Shown here: positions 49,383-64,000 of the stretch, in pieces
How the letters are laid out: every line of letters begins with the position of its first letter
How positions within the stretch are numbered: position 1 is the first letter of the stretch
Assembly: GCA_951406725.2 (NCBI GenBank)
Contig: OX597824.1
Location: 25,606,001-25,670,000 of the forward strand
From: Octopus vulgaris
Lineage: Eukaryota
Direction: 5' to 3'
DNA length: 64,000 bases
The notes under the pieces: model-generated
Told to the model about the DNA's origin: nothing
Database searches by the model: none
Seen by the model: the letters and a program-made list of their open reading frames with translations, nothing else
Program-made: the position numbers and the translations under genes

Positions 49383-49780
49383 GTAGCTGTGTGGTAAGTA
49401 GCTTGCTAACCAACCACATGGTTCTGGGTTCAGTCCCACTGTGTGGCAACTTGGGCAAGTGTCTTCTGCTATTGCCCCGGGCCGACCAATGCCTTGTGAG
49501 TGGATTTGGTAGACGGAAACTGAAAGAAGCCTGTCGTATATATGTGTATATATATAAGTGTGTGTGTATGTTTGTCTGTCTGTGTTTGTCCCCTTAGAAT
49601 TGCTTGACAACCGAAGCTGGTGTGTTTACGTCCCCGTCACTTAGCGGTTCGGCAAAAGAGACCGATAGAATAAGTACTGGGCTTACAAAGAATAAGTCCC
49701 AGGATCGATTTGCTCGACTAAAGGCGGTGCTCCAGCATGGCCGCAGTCAAATGACTGAAACAAGTAAAAGAGTAAAGAGT
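49383..49780 (+). mobile_element. tRNA-derived SINE (abundant family); relatives at ~3775-4010, 7870-8105, 27055-27120, 28740-28980, 50050-50275, 52260-52495, 59845-60010
   Basis: A/B-box-like head (AGCTGTGTGGTAAG...GGTTCAGTCCC), core GGATTTGGTAGACGGAAACTGAAAGAAGC, tail CAGCATGGCCGCAG...TGAAACAAG(TAAAAG)n, repeated many times in the window. Confidence 0.8.
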
Positions 49781-50013
49781 ATAACATATATATATATTTA
49801 TATACATATATAGATAGATAGTTAGATATATATATAGATAGATATGTGTGTATGTATGTATGTATACAGATAATTATATGAATATACTAAACCACGGTTT
49901 ACCCATTAAATTTCCACGTACTGTTAACCTTATTGCAAGGCCTATACATAGTTACGTAATACACATTCATCCCTTAGACGGTTGCATAACCTCTAACTCA
50001 TAGTTTATATATA

Positions 50014-50049
<36 letters not shown>

Positions 50050-52684
50050 TTTTATGCGTGTGTGTTTGTGTCTGCGTTTGTCCCCCACCACCATCGTTTG
50101 ACAACCGATGTTGGTGTGTTTGCGTCCCCGTAACTTAGCTGTTTGGTAAAAAAAATGATAAAATAAGCACCAGGCTCATAGGGATTAAGTCCAGGAGTCG
50201 ATTACTTCGACTAAAGGGCGTTGCTCCGGCATGGCCACCATAAAATTACTGAAACAAGTAAAAGAATAAAAGAATACCGGAAGAACGTTCCGTACCACTA
50301 AGCCAAGAAGATTCTTTGAATATGTACGATGTACATATCTTCTAAGGGGTATCATCATTCCAGTCAGCGGGATAGTAGAAAGGTAAAGTTCCATATATGC
50401 CTTTCAACCACTCACCTAAAAGACTTCTGTCCTAAATTGAATGAAAAAGAAAAGAAAGCACCTCTCCTACAAGCATCAACAACAGCCAACAAGTCTCAAA
50501 CAAAATAATTAACAGTACTATCGCTTGCAACTACATCAGCCGCGGCAGTACCAATACCTACCATACGAACTCCAAATTCCTCCAAACACTTTTCATCCCC
50601 AGAATATACTACATTTCCCGATGCCAAGCGATCAGACATCACATGTATAGAGAGTCTGGTCAGAACTAGTCGTGAAAAACAAAAAAACAAAAGAAGCAAA
50701 ATCAGGAAGAAAAACAAGTCCACTGACAAAGAAAAGTCTACATCCACATAAATAGAAGAGAGGAAAAAATAAAAGCTGAAAAGCTTTTGGGTGTTTTTAA
50801 CACCCAAAACATACACTACATCACCACCACTGTCATAAATACCTGAAGCACTACTTCGAATTCATTAATATTCAGTTGATCTGAGGCAGCGAGCTGGCAG
50901 AAACGTTAGCACGCCGTCGGAGTCGGACGTTATTTTTTTGTTCGGAAGGACGGAAAAAAAGTGAAAAATTGTAAAAAAGAAAGACGTAACGAGATCAAAT
51001 CGCGCGAGGCGCTTGTCGTTGCGTGCCGTTGCTTTATAGAAGGAACGCTTGTTGTTACTTTTTATAGAAGTTGTCAATTGAATTGTCTATGTTATAACCG
51101 GGATTTTATTACCAGCTGTTGTTTTTTGGAAAAAAAAAGTAAGTTCTTTTTGAATTGTTATTCGAAGTATATTATTTGATTGTCATTTATTGAAGTCGCT
51201 AAGGAGGGGTAGGCCAATAATGGCCAGCCCGAAGGCGGACAGAACTGAGGACCGAACCTAGGTCCTAAGCAAAAGTCCAGTTAGCAGAATGTCCAGTCCA
51301 GAAAGAATACCAGTTAGCAGGATGTCCAGTCCAGAAAGAATGGGTATACCCGGTTTTTTCTCTGATACCGATGAAGAGGAAAAAAGCGTAACCAAAAAAG
51401 AAAAATTGCAGGTACGCAGAAATATAGACGTGCCAAGCTTGGCAAAGAAGATGTTAAACTTCGCCGAAGCGGCAGGTCCCAAAGAAAGAAAAATTAATTT
51501 ATCAAAACTGGAAGAAATAAAGAAGACTATATCAAGAAACTGTTATGAAATAAAAAATACGGCAGTCACAGGAATCTCGTGAAGGGATAGAGAAAAGAAC
51601 AATAATTTATAACTTTTTTCATATATTCTAACCCGTTCTGCTTTTATATATACGCATTATTTCAGAGTCTCTTTGATAACAGGAAAACTGTATTCATTTG
51701 TTATTTCGTACTTTGCATAACTTTTCTTACTTTTATAGTTTTGTTATTCATTCACTTTGAAAAGTAGTCAACAATCGACACATCGGCACTTCCCTTTCCA
51801 GATGATAAACTTCTATATAAATTTTGACTTAGTACTTCGGTTGTCTGTTGACATGCTTATTCTTCTATTTCTATATTCTAAGTCCAATTTCGTTACGCTG
51901 ATGGCTGTTAAGTCAGATTCCTTTTTCCCTCAGTATTTCTTTCATTCTTACATTTTATACTTCAACTTTATATGCGCTGTTTTTTTTTTATTATTTCAGT
52001 GTTTGGGGTTATACTCAGTTCTTTAATAATGTCTTTCTTGGTTGCTGCGATTTCATTCTTGTGTTATTGAAGAAGTGGGATATCATCATCTTCATTTTCT
52101 GGGACCTGATTGCTATCTTCATTATTTTAGCATTTTTTCTTTTATATATATTATCTCATTGCCCTGCTGATATATTTCTCTTTTCCAATTATGTTATGTT
52201 CAGCTAGTACAAGTACTCAGGGATTGTTCCTTTCGTTTCCTAAGACGTTCTCATGCAGTACGTATGTGTCTGTGTGTCTATGCATGTGTATTTCAGTTTG
52301 TGATTGTCCCCTGTCACACCTCTTGACTACATGCATTAGTTTCTCTAAGTTCCAAAGGTTCAGCAGAAGTGACAACTGATTAACTACAAGACTTTTAACC
52401 AAAGTAAGCAGAGAATTTAATTTGTCCGACTAAACCCTTCGAGGATATTCTCCATCATGGCAGCCATCCAATGATTGAAACAAGTAAAAGGTAAAACGTA
52501 GTCTATGTAAGTTCAGTTCCTTTTAGTACTATTTTCTCTATGTTGTGTGTATATCTAAGTCCTAGAGTTTGATTATGAATTTGTCTACCCCAAAGTAATG
52601 ATGGAGCTTGAGGATAATATTCCTTATTTCTATTTTTTCCTATTCAGATTGAACAGAAAAAACACACCCTTAAATCGGAAAAGG

Positions 52685-53899
52685 ATGTCATCATATACGA
52701 ATTTAGCAGACGATACGGAGAATAATATCACCATCGAAGAACTCAACAGACAACAAGTTTTGATAAGACTTCCGTTTACTATTTTTCTTGCATTAACAAT
52801 GACCATTGGTTTCGTTGGAAACATTTTAACTATTTACGTTTATGGATTTCGTTTGAAATTTTCACCAACTTATTTCTTTGTCGTGATGCTGGCTTTCGTT
52901 GATTTGATAATATGTACCTGTGTGATACCAGCTCGTATTGTCCAAAACATTTACCCTTTGATGACAACCTGGGATATATTGTGCAAGTACCATTTGTGTT
53001 TAGCAATATTCACAGGATTTTGTACCTGTGGTTTTTTACTGGCCATTGCAACGGATAGATACAGAAAAGTATGCCAACCACTGAAGACTCAAATAAATGT
53101 GAAAGCTGCGAAAATCATCTCAGTCTGTATTTTTATTTTCTGTGCAACACAGGGAAGTATTGCTCCTCTTTATTATGGAAGTATTAAGAAACCAACTAAT
53201 TATCCTGATATCTACAGCTATTCCTGCTCAGCAAATAACTACAAGAAGCCTAACTATTATCAACTTGGATTCTTTGCCTTCTACAGTCTCTTAGCAATAG
53301 TTACGTTTGTTATTCTCTTTATTCTGTACATCATAATTCTTCGACATATGAAGGATTGGGAGAAAACAAAATGTGTCGAACAACAACAAAATAGCAATGG
53401 TATTACAAACATCCGCTGTCCCGATAATATTCAAGAAAAGTGGCTTAATGTACCAGAAATTATTGATTCTAATCAATTACCTTCGAATCTTTCTACAGAA
53501 GATGTGGAATTGTCTAATACCAAAATGTCATCAAAAGTTTCCTCAGATGAAATATCAAAGGTATATACGAAAAGTATTGCGCCTCTTAGGGCTAAACTAC
53601 GGAAAACGAACAAAGAAAGACGAGCAACCGATCACGCCGACAGGATAAAGCGTACCACTATAACGATGATGATGATTACTGTAATCTTTATAGTGACTTA
53701 TTTGCCTGGCATTGGTGCCATGATATTAAGTGCAGTTTTGAAGTCATTAAACACGATGTCGATACCATCGTCATTCTTCTATTGGTTAGCACGACATAGT
53801 TTTTACATCGGTTCTTGCACAAATCCCATTATCTACAGCTGGAGGAACCAGAATTTTATGAACGAAATTATAAAAATGTTCAGTCTAAAACATAAATAA
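52685..53899 (+). CDS. Class A GPCR paralog D (most divergent intact copy)
   Basis: GN, LAFVD, DRY, YLP and NPIIY motifs. Splice acceptor at 52647, likely ATG 52685 (ORF track starts 52598). Confidence 0.92.
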   Translation: MSSYTNLADDTENNITIEELNRQQVLIRLPFTIFLALTMTIGFVGNILTIYVYGFRLKFSPTYFFVVMLAFVDLIICTCVIPARIVQNIYPLMTTWDILCKYHLCLAIFTGFCTCGFLLAIATDRYRKVCQPLKTQINVKAAKIISVCIFIFCATQGSIAPLYYGSIKKPTNYPDIYSYSCSANNYKKPNYYQLGFFAFYSLLAIVTFVILFILYIIILRHMKDWEKTKCVEQQQNSNGITNIRCPDNIQEKWLNVPEIIDSNQLPSNLSTEDVELSNTKMSSKVSSDEISKVYTKSIAPLRAKLRKTNKERRATDHADRIKRTTITMMMITVIFIVTYLPGIGAMILSAVLKSLNTMSIPSSFFYWLARHSFYIGSCTNPIIYSWRNQNFMNEIIKMFSLKHK

Positions 53900-54094
53900 A
53901 TCGAAACGAAGAAATATGTAGGGATACGAAAAGCTACGAAACTGTAACAAAAATTTCCGACAGATACACAGCTTCTTCTTCTTCTTCTTCTTCTTCTTCT
54001 TCTTCTTCTTCTTCTTCTTCTCCTCCTCCTCCTCCTTCTTCAGCCTACTTCTTCTTCTTTTTCTTCCTCTTCTTCTTCTTCTTCCTTCTTTCTC

Positions 54095-54140
<46 letters not shown>

Positions 54141-55837
54141 CATACATACATATACATATATATACACATATATACATGCATACATATATATATGTGTGTG
54201 TAGACAGATAAATATATATGTGTATACACATGCAACATATATGTACAGGCATGTACTTCGACACATACATGCATAGACACACACATACACATAAATACAT
54301 ACATACATACATACATACATACATACATACATACATACATACATACATACATACATACGGATAATGTACATGAACAAAGGCACGATGACTAGTAGTGAGT
54401 CAAAACCGTGGTGGCTACTATGCTAGAGGCGGGCAGTGCATTATGTTCTTGAGCAAAACACTTCATTTCACGTTGTTCTGCAATCACTTCGACATTTGAC
54501 ATGTAGTGCGCCGTGTACCTGCACAGGCAATGTCGATTTGGATGGAGAGAGTGAGCTAACGTAAAACACCAGCATATACGACGCGAGAGTCCGCCATACA
54601 TACATGCTCAGAGAAAATGAAAACTCTCATACACACATCTAGACAAATTGGGCAAGGTGGCAGAGTGGCAAAAATTTTAGAGCATCGAATAGAGTGCATT
54701 GCAGTGTTTTTTTTTTTTTTCAATCTTTCTAATCTCTGAGTTCAAATCCCACCGAGTACAGGTTTGCATTTCATTCTTTCTACGTCAAAAATGAAACACC
54801 AATCAAGTACTGAAATACTTATCTTACCCTTTCAGAATTTACTATTGTCTGCAAGATGTTGACTTGCAGAAAATGAAACAAAGGAAGAGAACGGAAAACC
54901 GCTTTCATATTATCCCACAAAAATTCCATAACAAGCACCATGATAAAGACCTCACGTTATTTCCATTAATGAATCAATTTTTGATATACTCTATTTTCCT
55001 TTTTCATATGTTACTCTTTACTCAGGAAAAGATGTGTAGGGGGAGTGTGTGCATGAGTGTTTGTGTGTAAAGGCTAGAAAGCTGAAACTCCGAAATCACT
55101 ATCAACCACCTTCTTGTAAAAGAACATATATGTAATATATTTTATCCATTTCTTTAACATTTATTTTTGTATAAATCAGGTATTCAGGAAGACTACTAAC
55201 ACTCCTAAAAGCTGAATTGCTATATAATGTTATCACCTTATACAAAGTACATCATCATCCTGGCACATGTTCAGACCACTGCCAGACGAAGGCCTCAGTA
55301 TTTTCTCTACACCAAATACAACCTAATGTTTTCTGCATCCCTGTTTGGGTGCCAAAGAATTTAACAAAAACTTTGTTCCAACTTCTGCTCTTTCCCTCCA
55401 TTTTTTGGACGTGGTATCCACTCTCACATTTTTTTCTGACCGGTATGATCTCAAAAATTCAATCATCTTTATAATCAAAGAATACACACTGCTAAATGGT
55501 ATATAATTTTTCATTGATAATCATAAAAATATATCATATCTCCTTATCTGTCATTTACGTATAGAATATATGCCAATGATCAAATAACACTTGTCAAGAC
55601 AGTCTACGCTAGTTCCATTAGTATATAAGGAACAATTCAAACGGCAAACATTTTCTGTTCAATCCTTTGGATTGAGACTCTGGAGGTCTAGAAACGTTGG
55701 ATATGAATTTAGGAACTATTTAAAAATAGTTAAATGTATGTAAGAATATATGTGTGTGCATATGTATGCAAAAACTATATACATTACCTTGCATGTAATT
55801 TGGACCTAAACTAAGATCGTTTGTAAGAAATGTATAC

Positions 55838-55898
<61 letters not shown>

Positions 55899-56466
55899 GC
55901 AATATTCTATTTTAGTAAAATCTCAGTACATCATATTTTATTTTTTTAACTTCATCATATTTTATTATCTATTTCTGTAAGACGTGTATATATGTGCATG
56001 TATTTTTGTTTATTAATACTTTATATTATTTCTGGCTTTAGAAAAACTAAATATGTGTATAACAAGTATACTTATGTGCATATATAAATAGATATTTGTA
56101 TATATATTTCATTTTACTTTATTATACGATTTCTTTCATGGCTCTATAATAGTAAGAATGTATGCAAGGAGTATATATATATATTTTGAGATTTTGCTGC
56201 CCTGGTAACTATTCATTCATTTATCCGTGTTAATTGTTAACAAGGTAAAATACACTCATCTATTTATATATATATATATATATATATGCATGTACTGGTG
56301 TATACAAATGTGTGATTTTTATATATACAAACGCGTGTACATATACGCGTGAATATATAAAAGTATGCATTGCATGTAGGATAGACTTTCAGTCCAACAT
56401 GTATTAATATTTATATAAACAGTTAAAATAGTATATATGTGTATATGTATACGTGTATGTATTATG

Positions 56467-56560
<94 letters not shown>

Positions 56561-56563
<3 letters not shown>

Positions 56564-56710
56564 AGCGGAAATTTACAGAAAAACAAAAGACGAAGACAGG
56601 TGTATGAACAACGAGCAGGTGTATTAGTTTGACGCTTAGTAAAGTAAGAAAGTCTTTCATGTTTCGAGCCTACGCTCTTCAACAGAAAAGAATACGAGAA
56701 AATAAAGATA
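56561..56710 (-). mobile_element. Solo 3' remnant of a Penelope pLTR related to the 32091-37762 family, with hammerhead remnant (~56652-56690)
   Basis: Reverse complement reads CTGTTGAAGAGCGTAGGCTCGAAACATGAAAGAC...CACCTGTCTTCGTCTTTTG, matching the pLTR end at 33124-33260. Confidence 0.8.
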
Positions 56711-56936
56711 TGTGCGTGTGTGTGTGTGTATAAATATATATATATATATATACACGAAACAATGAAACAATGAATAAAAATGGCTTTTCTGCTAATTTTT
56801 CCACTTTAATAATTATTTACAAAATAATGGTTTACAAAATTTTTTTCGGTTTGAGGCAAGGATGTAAATAGGTGTTTTTTATTAATTTTGGTGTGGTGAA
56901 TTCAATTTTATGAAGTTTTGTTTTATTACCTCAGAA

Positions 56937-59700
56937 ATGGCGAGAAAATCTAGGAGTTACCGAAAACGTGAATTATTCAGATTGGGCAGCATCGACTGTT
57001 TATGTAAAGTAAAACAATAACAAAATACGAGTATGAGCGGACTTTTCAACAGGGTTGAACGAATGTTTAAGGACATACAATTATCCACTACCAAGCCCAG
57101 AAGGAATTTTCGCGAAACTCAATGGAGGAATTTTTTTCTCAAAATAAGACTTGAAGGAGGTGTATTTACAGTTACAAGTCGAGGAAGACTGTTCGAAATT
57201 ATTAACGATAAACACTCTTAAAGGTTTATATAAATCCAATCGACTTCCTTGTGATGGACACGATGCTTGCAGATACGGATTTTGCTATAGCATATTTTGA
57301 TGACATACTCATAAGAAGTGAGTCTAGAGACCAGCATGAGGAACATGTTAAAATGGTTTTTGAGAAGATAAAGGAGTATGGATTCAAACTTAGCGCAGAA
57401 AAACGCAAATTTTTCATGCCAGAAATAAAGTATATTGGGTAAGTTATCGATAAAAATGGTCGCAGGCCAGATCCTTTAAGATCGACAGCAATAAAAAATA
57501 TGTCTACTCCGAAAAATATTACATCACGAGTGTTCTTAGGGTTCGCGAACTATTACCAAACATGCATGAGCTAAGAGCACCCCTAAACAACCTATTGAAA
57601 AGAGGCGTAATATGGTATTGGTCAGACAGGTGTCAAAAAGCGTTCGAGGAAATTTTAAAAGTTTTAATATCGGAAGTGTCATTATCGCATTTTGATCCAA
57701 ATTTTAAAATAATAGTAGCATCAGATGCTAGCGAAAGTGGTATAGGGGCGGTAATTTTGCTCAAGTATGAAAATGGGAGCATAAAATCCATCGCTCATGC
57801 TTCATGTTCATTTTTGCCTGCTGAAAAAACTACAGCCAAATTGAGAAGGAGGTACTAGCCATTATTTTTCAAGTGAAAAAATTTCAAATAATTCATATAC
57901 GGAAGGAAATTCAGTCTGCAGACAGATCACCGCCCATTGTTATCAATTTACTGATCGAGAAAGGGTATCCCCACACACACACAGCCAACCGATTGCAGCG
58001 CTGGGGGACGATCCTGCTAAGTTATGATTTAAAGATGGAATTTCTACCATCGAAAAGTTCTTGGACATGTGGATGGGCTATCAGGATTGATACCTAAATA
58101 CAATGAACCGTTTGAGGACACAATAATAGCGGCATTAAAAGCTGAAATCGAAATAAAAAATATACGCGAACTACCTGTCACTTTAGAAGAAATAAAAATT
58201 AAAGCAGAAAAGGATGCGTTCATAATAAAAATGAAAAAAGTAGTGAAGTTTGAAACAAATACAAAAACTCATGTAACCGAGCGTAACACAGTTTCGAAAT
58301 GATATTCGATATGCGACAACGTTCTTATGTGCGCTCAGAGGGTTGTAATACCTGTTTCTTTGCAAATGTTAAAAGAATTCTACATGGGACATCCAAGAAT
58401 CTTGAGAATAAAAGCATTGATGAGAAGCTATGTTTACTCGCCGAATATGGATCAGGATATTACAAAATTGGTGAAAGCCTGCAGGGGTTGTGCCCTGGCA
58501 GCAAAAGCACCACCTGCTAAAATTCAACCTTGGCCTAACACTGACCTACCTTGGTCAAGATTACACATAAATTTCGCAAGACCGTTAAATGGAGGGTATT
58601 ATCTAATAGTCATGGATAGTTACATGAAATGGCCGGAAATATGTAAATGTAGGAAGCCAACCTACAAAGTAACGATGGAATTTCTGGATGAACATTTTGC
58701 GCGATATAGAATCCCAGACACTATAGTGTCGGGTAACGGAACACAGTTCACGTCGAAGGAATTTTAAAACTTTCAAAAAACGCATGCAATGGGGCATATT
58801 ACTACTCCACCAGACCATCCGAGGTCGAGTGGACTAGCGGAACGTTTCGTAGATACAGGGCACTGAAAAAAATCTACAAATGAATTACTAACTGATACTG
58901 CATTGACGCAATTCTTAAGTGTCTACCGAATAACACCTAACCCCAACACCACATCAGGTATGTGGCTGGTTGAACTAATGTTCGCCAGGAAAGTCAGGTC
59001 AGTGTTTGACAAATTACTACCAGGAAGAAAAGAAAAAATGGAAAGAAACATCGGAAATAAGATGATATCCTTCAGAATCGGTGACAAGGTTTTTTTCTTA
59101 ATATTCAGAAACAGAAAAGAAAGTTGGAAAGAAGGTATGGTGAGTAAACGTTTAGGAAAAATAACCAACTGAAATAAAGCTTTACGGAAGAAAGAATAAG
59201 ATATGAAGAACCAATGGAATTTCTTTATGACATTTTAGACGTTCCGATATATCAAGGAATAATCGAACAAATGATTACAGCGACTAGGAAGAGAAAGCAA
59301 ACAGAAATTTTGCAAGTAGACCCAAAACGAAAAAGTGATTCCAATTTTTTTCCTGGGGAATTGAAAAAGAAAAAAGTGGGGAGCATTGATAATAAAGATA
59401 AAAAAAAAAAAAGAACTCAAAAAGGGGGGATGTTGTGGTGAAATCCTGACACCCCTGTGGGATATCAAGTCAACTCTCCTAAATCGTATAAAGGCTCCTG
59501 TGCAATGACAGTGACGGACAGTGTGGTTTGTGCAGTTGCTTTGTGAAGGCAGTCACAGACATCGTCGAGAAGAGATATTGTTTGTTACGTGTTGTTTCTG
59601 ATTTATATTTGTATTGTTATAACCTTGTTATAAGTCCACGTTATAAAGTGGCATATACAGTGAGTCAAAGAAGAACACAACAGTATCGACGAGACAATAA
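56937..59700 (+). mobile_element. Decayed Ty3/Gypsy LTR retrotransposon (RT-RNaseH-integrase; PPT; 3' LTR from 59431)
   Basis: AYFDDILI, SDASESGIGAV, RLQRW, GHP...CRGC, PWSRLHINFA, PDTIVSGNGTQF and AERFV in broken frames. PPT AAAAAGGGGGGA then TGTTG at 59431. Ends approximate. Confidence 0.88.
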
Positions 59701-60008
59701 TATATACACACACACACGCACACACATACCAATTGAATATTTATGCATTTTACTTATTTACTTATATACGCAGAAAGTCTTCTCCTAACATAATATTCGT
59801 TTATGTGTGTGTGTATGTATGTAGTTTGTTTGTATGTATATATATAGTCGCAGCAGTGGCTTTGTGATAAGTAGCTTTCTTATCAACCGCGTAGTTCTGG
59901 GTTCAGTCCCACTTGCATGGCACCTTGGGCAAGTGCCTTCTACTATAGCCTCGGGTCGACCAAACCCTTGTGACTGGATTTTCTAGACGGAACTGAAAGA
60001 AGCTGGTC

Positions 60009-62270
<2,262 letters not shown>

Positions 62271-62275
62271 TAATA

Positions 62276-62322
<47 letters not shown>

Positions 62323-62353
62323 AACTGTAACAGTAACAACAATAAAAAATTAA

Positions 62354-62421
<68 letters not shown>

Positions 62422-62450
62422 TGATGATGACGATGACGACGACGACGACA

Positions 62451-64000
<1,550 letters not shown>

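Overview
AT-rich, microsatellite-dense animal genomic DNA. The SINE families and repeat landscape suggest an octopus or other cephalopod (inference). The backbone is a tandem segmental array of four single-coding-exon class A (rhodopsin-like) GPCR paralogs, all on +. Copy A (~4.2-6.4 kb) is a pseudogene; B (~8.3 kb), C (~29.2 kb) and D (~52.7 kb) have open frames. Two results stand out. (1) A ~1.43 kb endogenous CRESS-DNA (circo/nanovirus-like ssDNA) virus fragment is inserted inside GPCR copy A, with convergent capsid and Rep-helicase ORFs and a palindromic bidirectional poly(A) site. (2) A hammerhead-ribozyme retroelement system is present: a near-intact Penelope-like element (RT + GIY-YIG) with ribozymes in both pseudo-LTRs, a 397-bp non-coding tandem array with one type I hammerhead per unit (candidate retrozyme), and further ribozyme-bearing inverted repeats, nearly all inserted in (TA)n tracts. 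Other elements are a full-length CR1-group LINE with an unusual Myb/SANT + 2xCCCH ORF1, a non-autonomous LTR element, a decayed Gypsy, two R4/Dong-like LINEs, Helitron-like elements, SINEs and a decayed DDE transposase. All calls come from reading the sequence by eye; no database searches were run.
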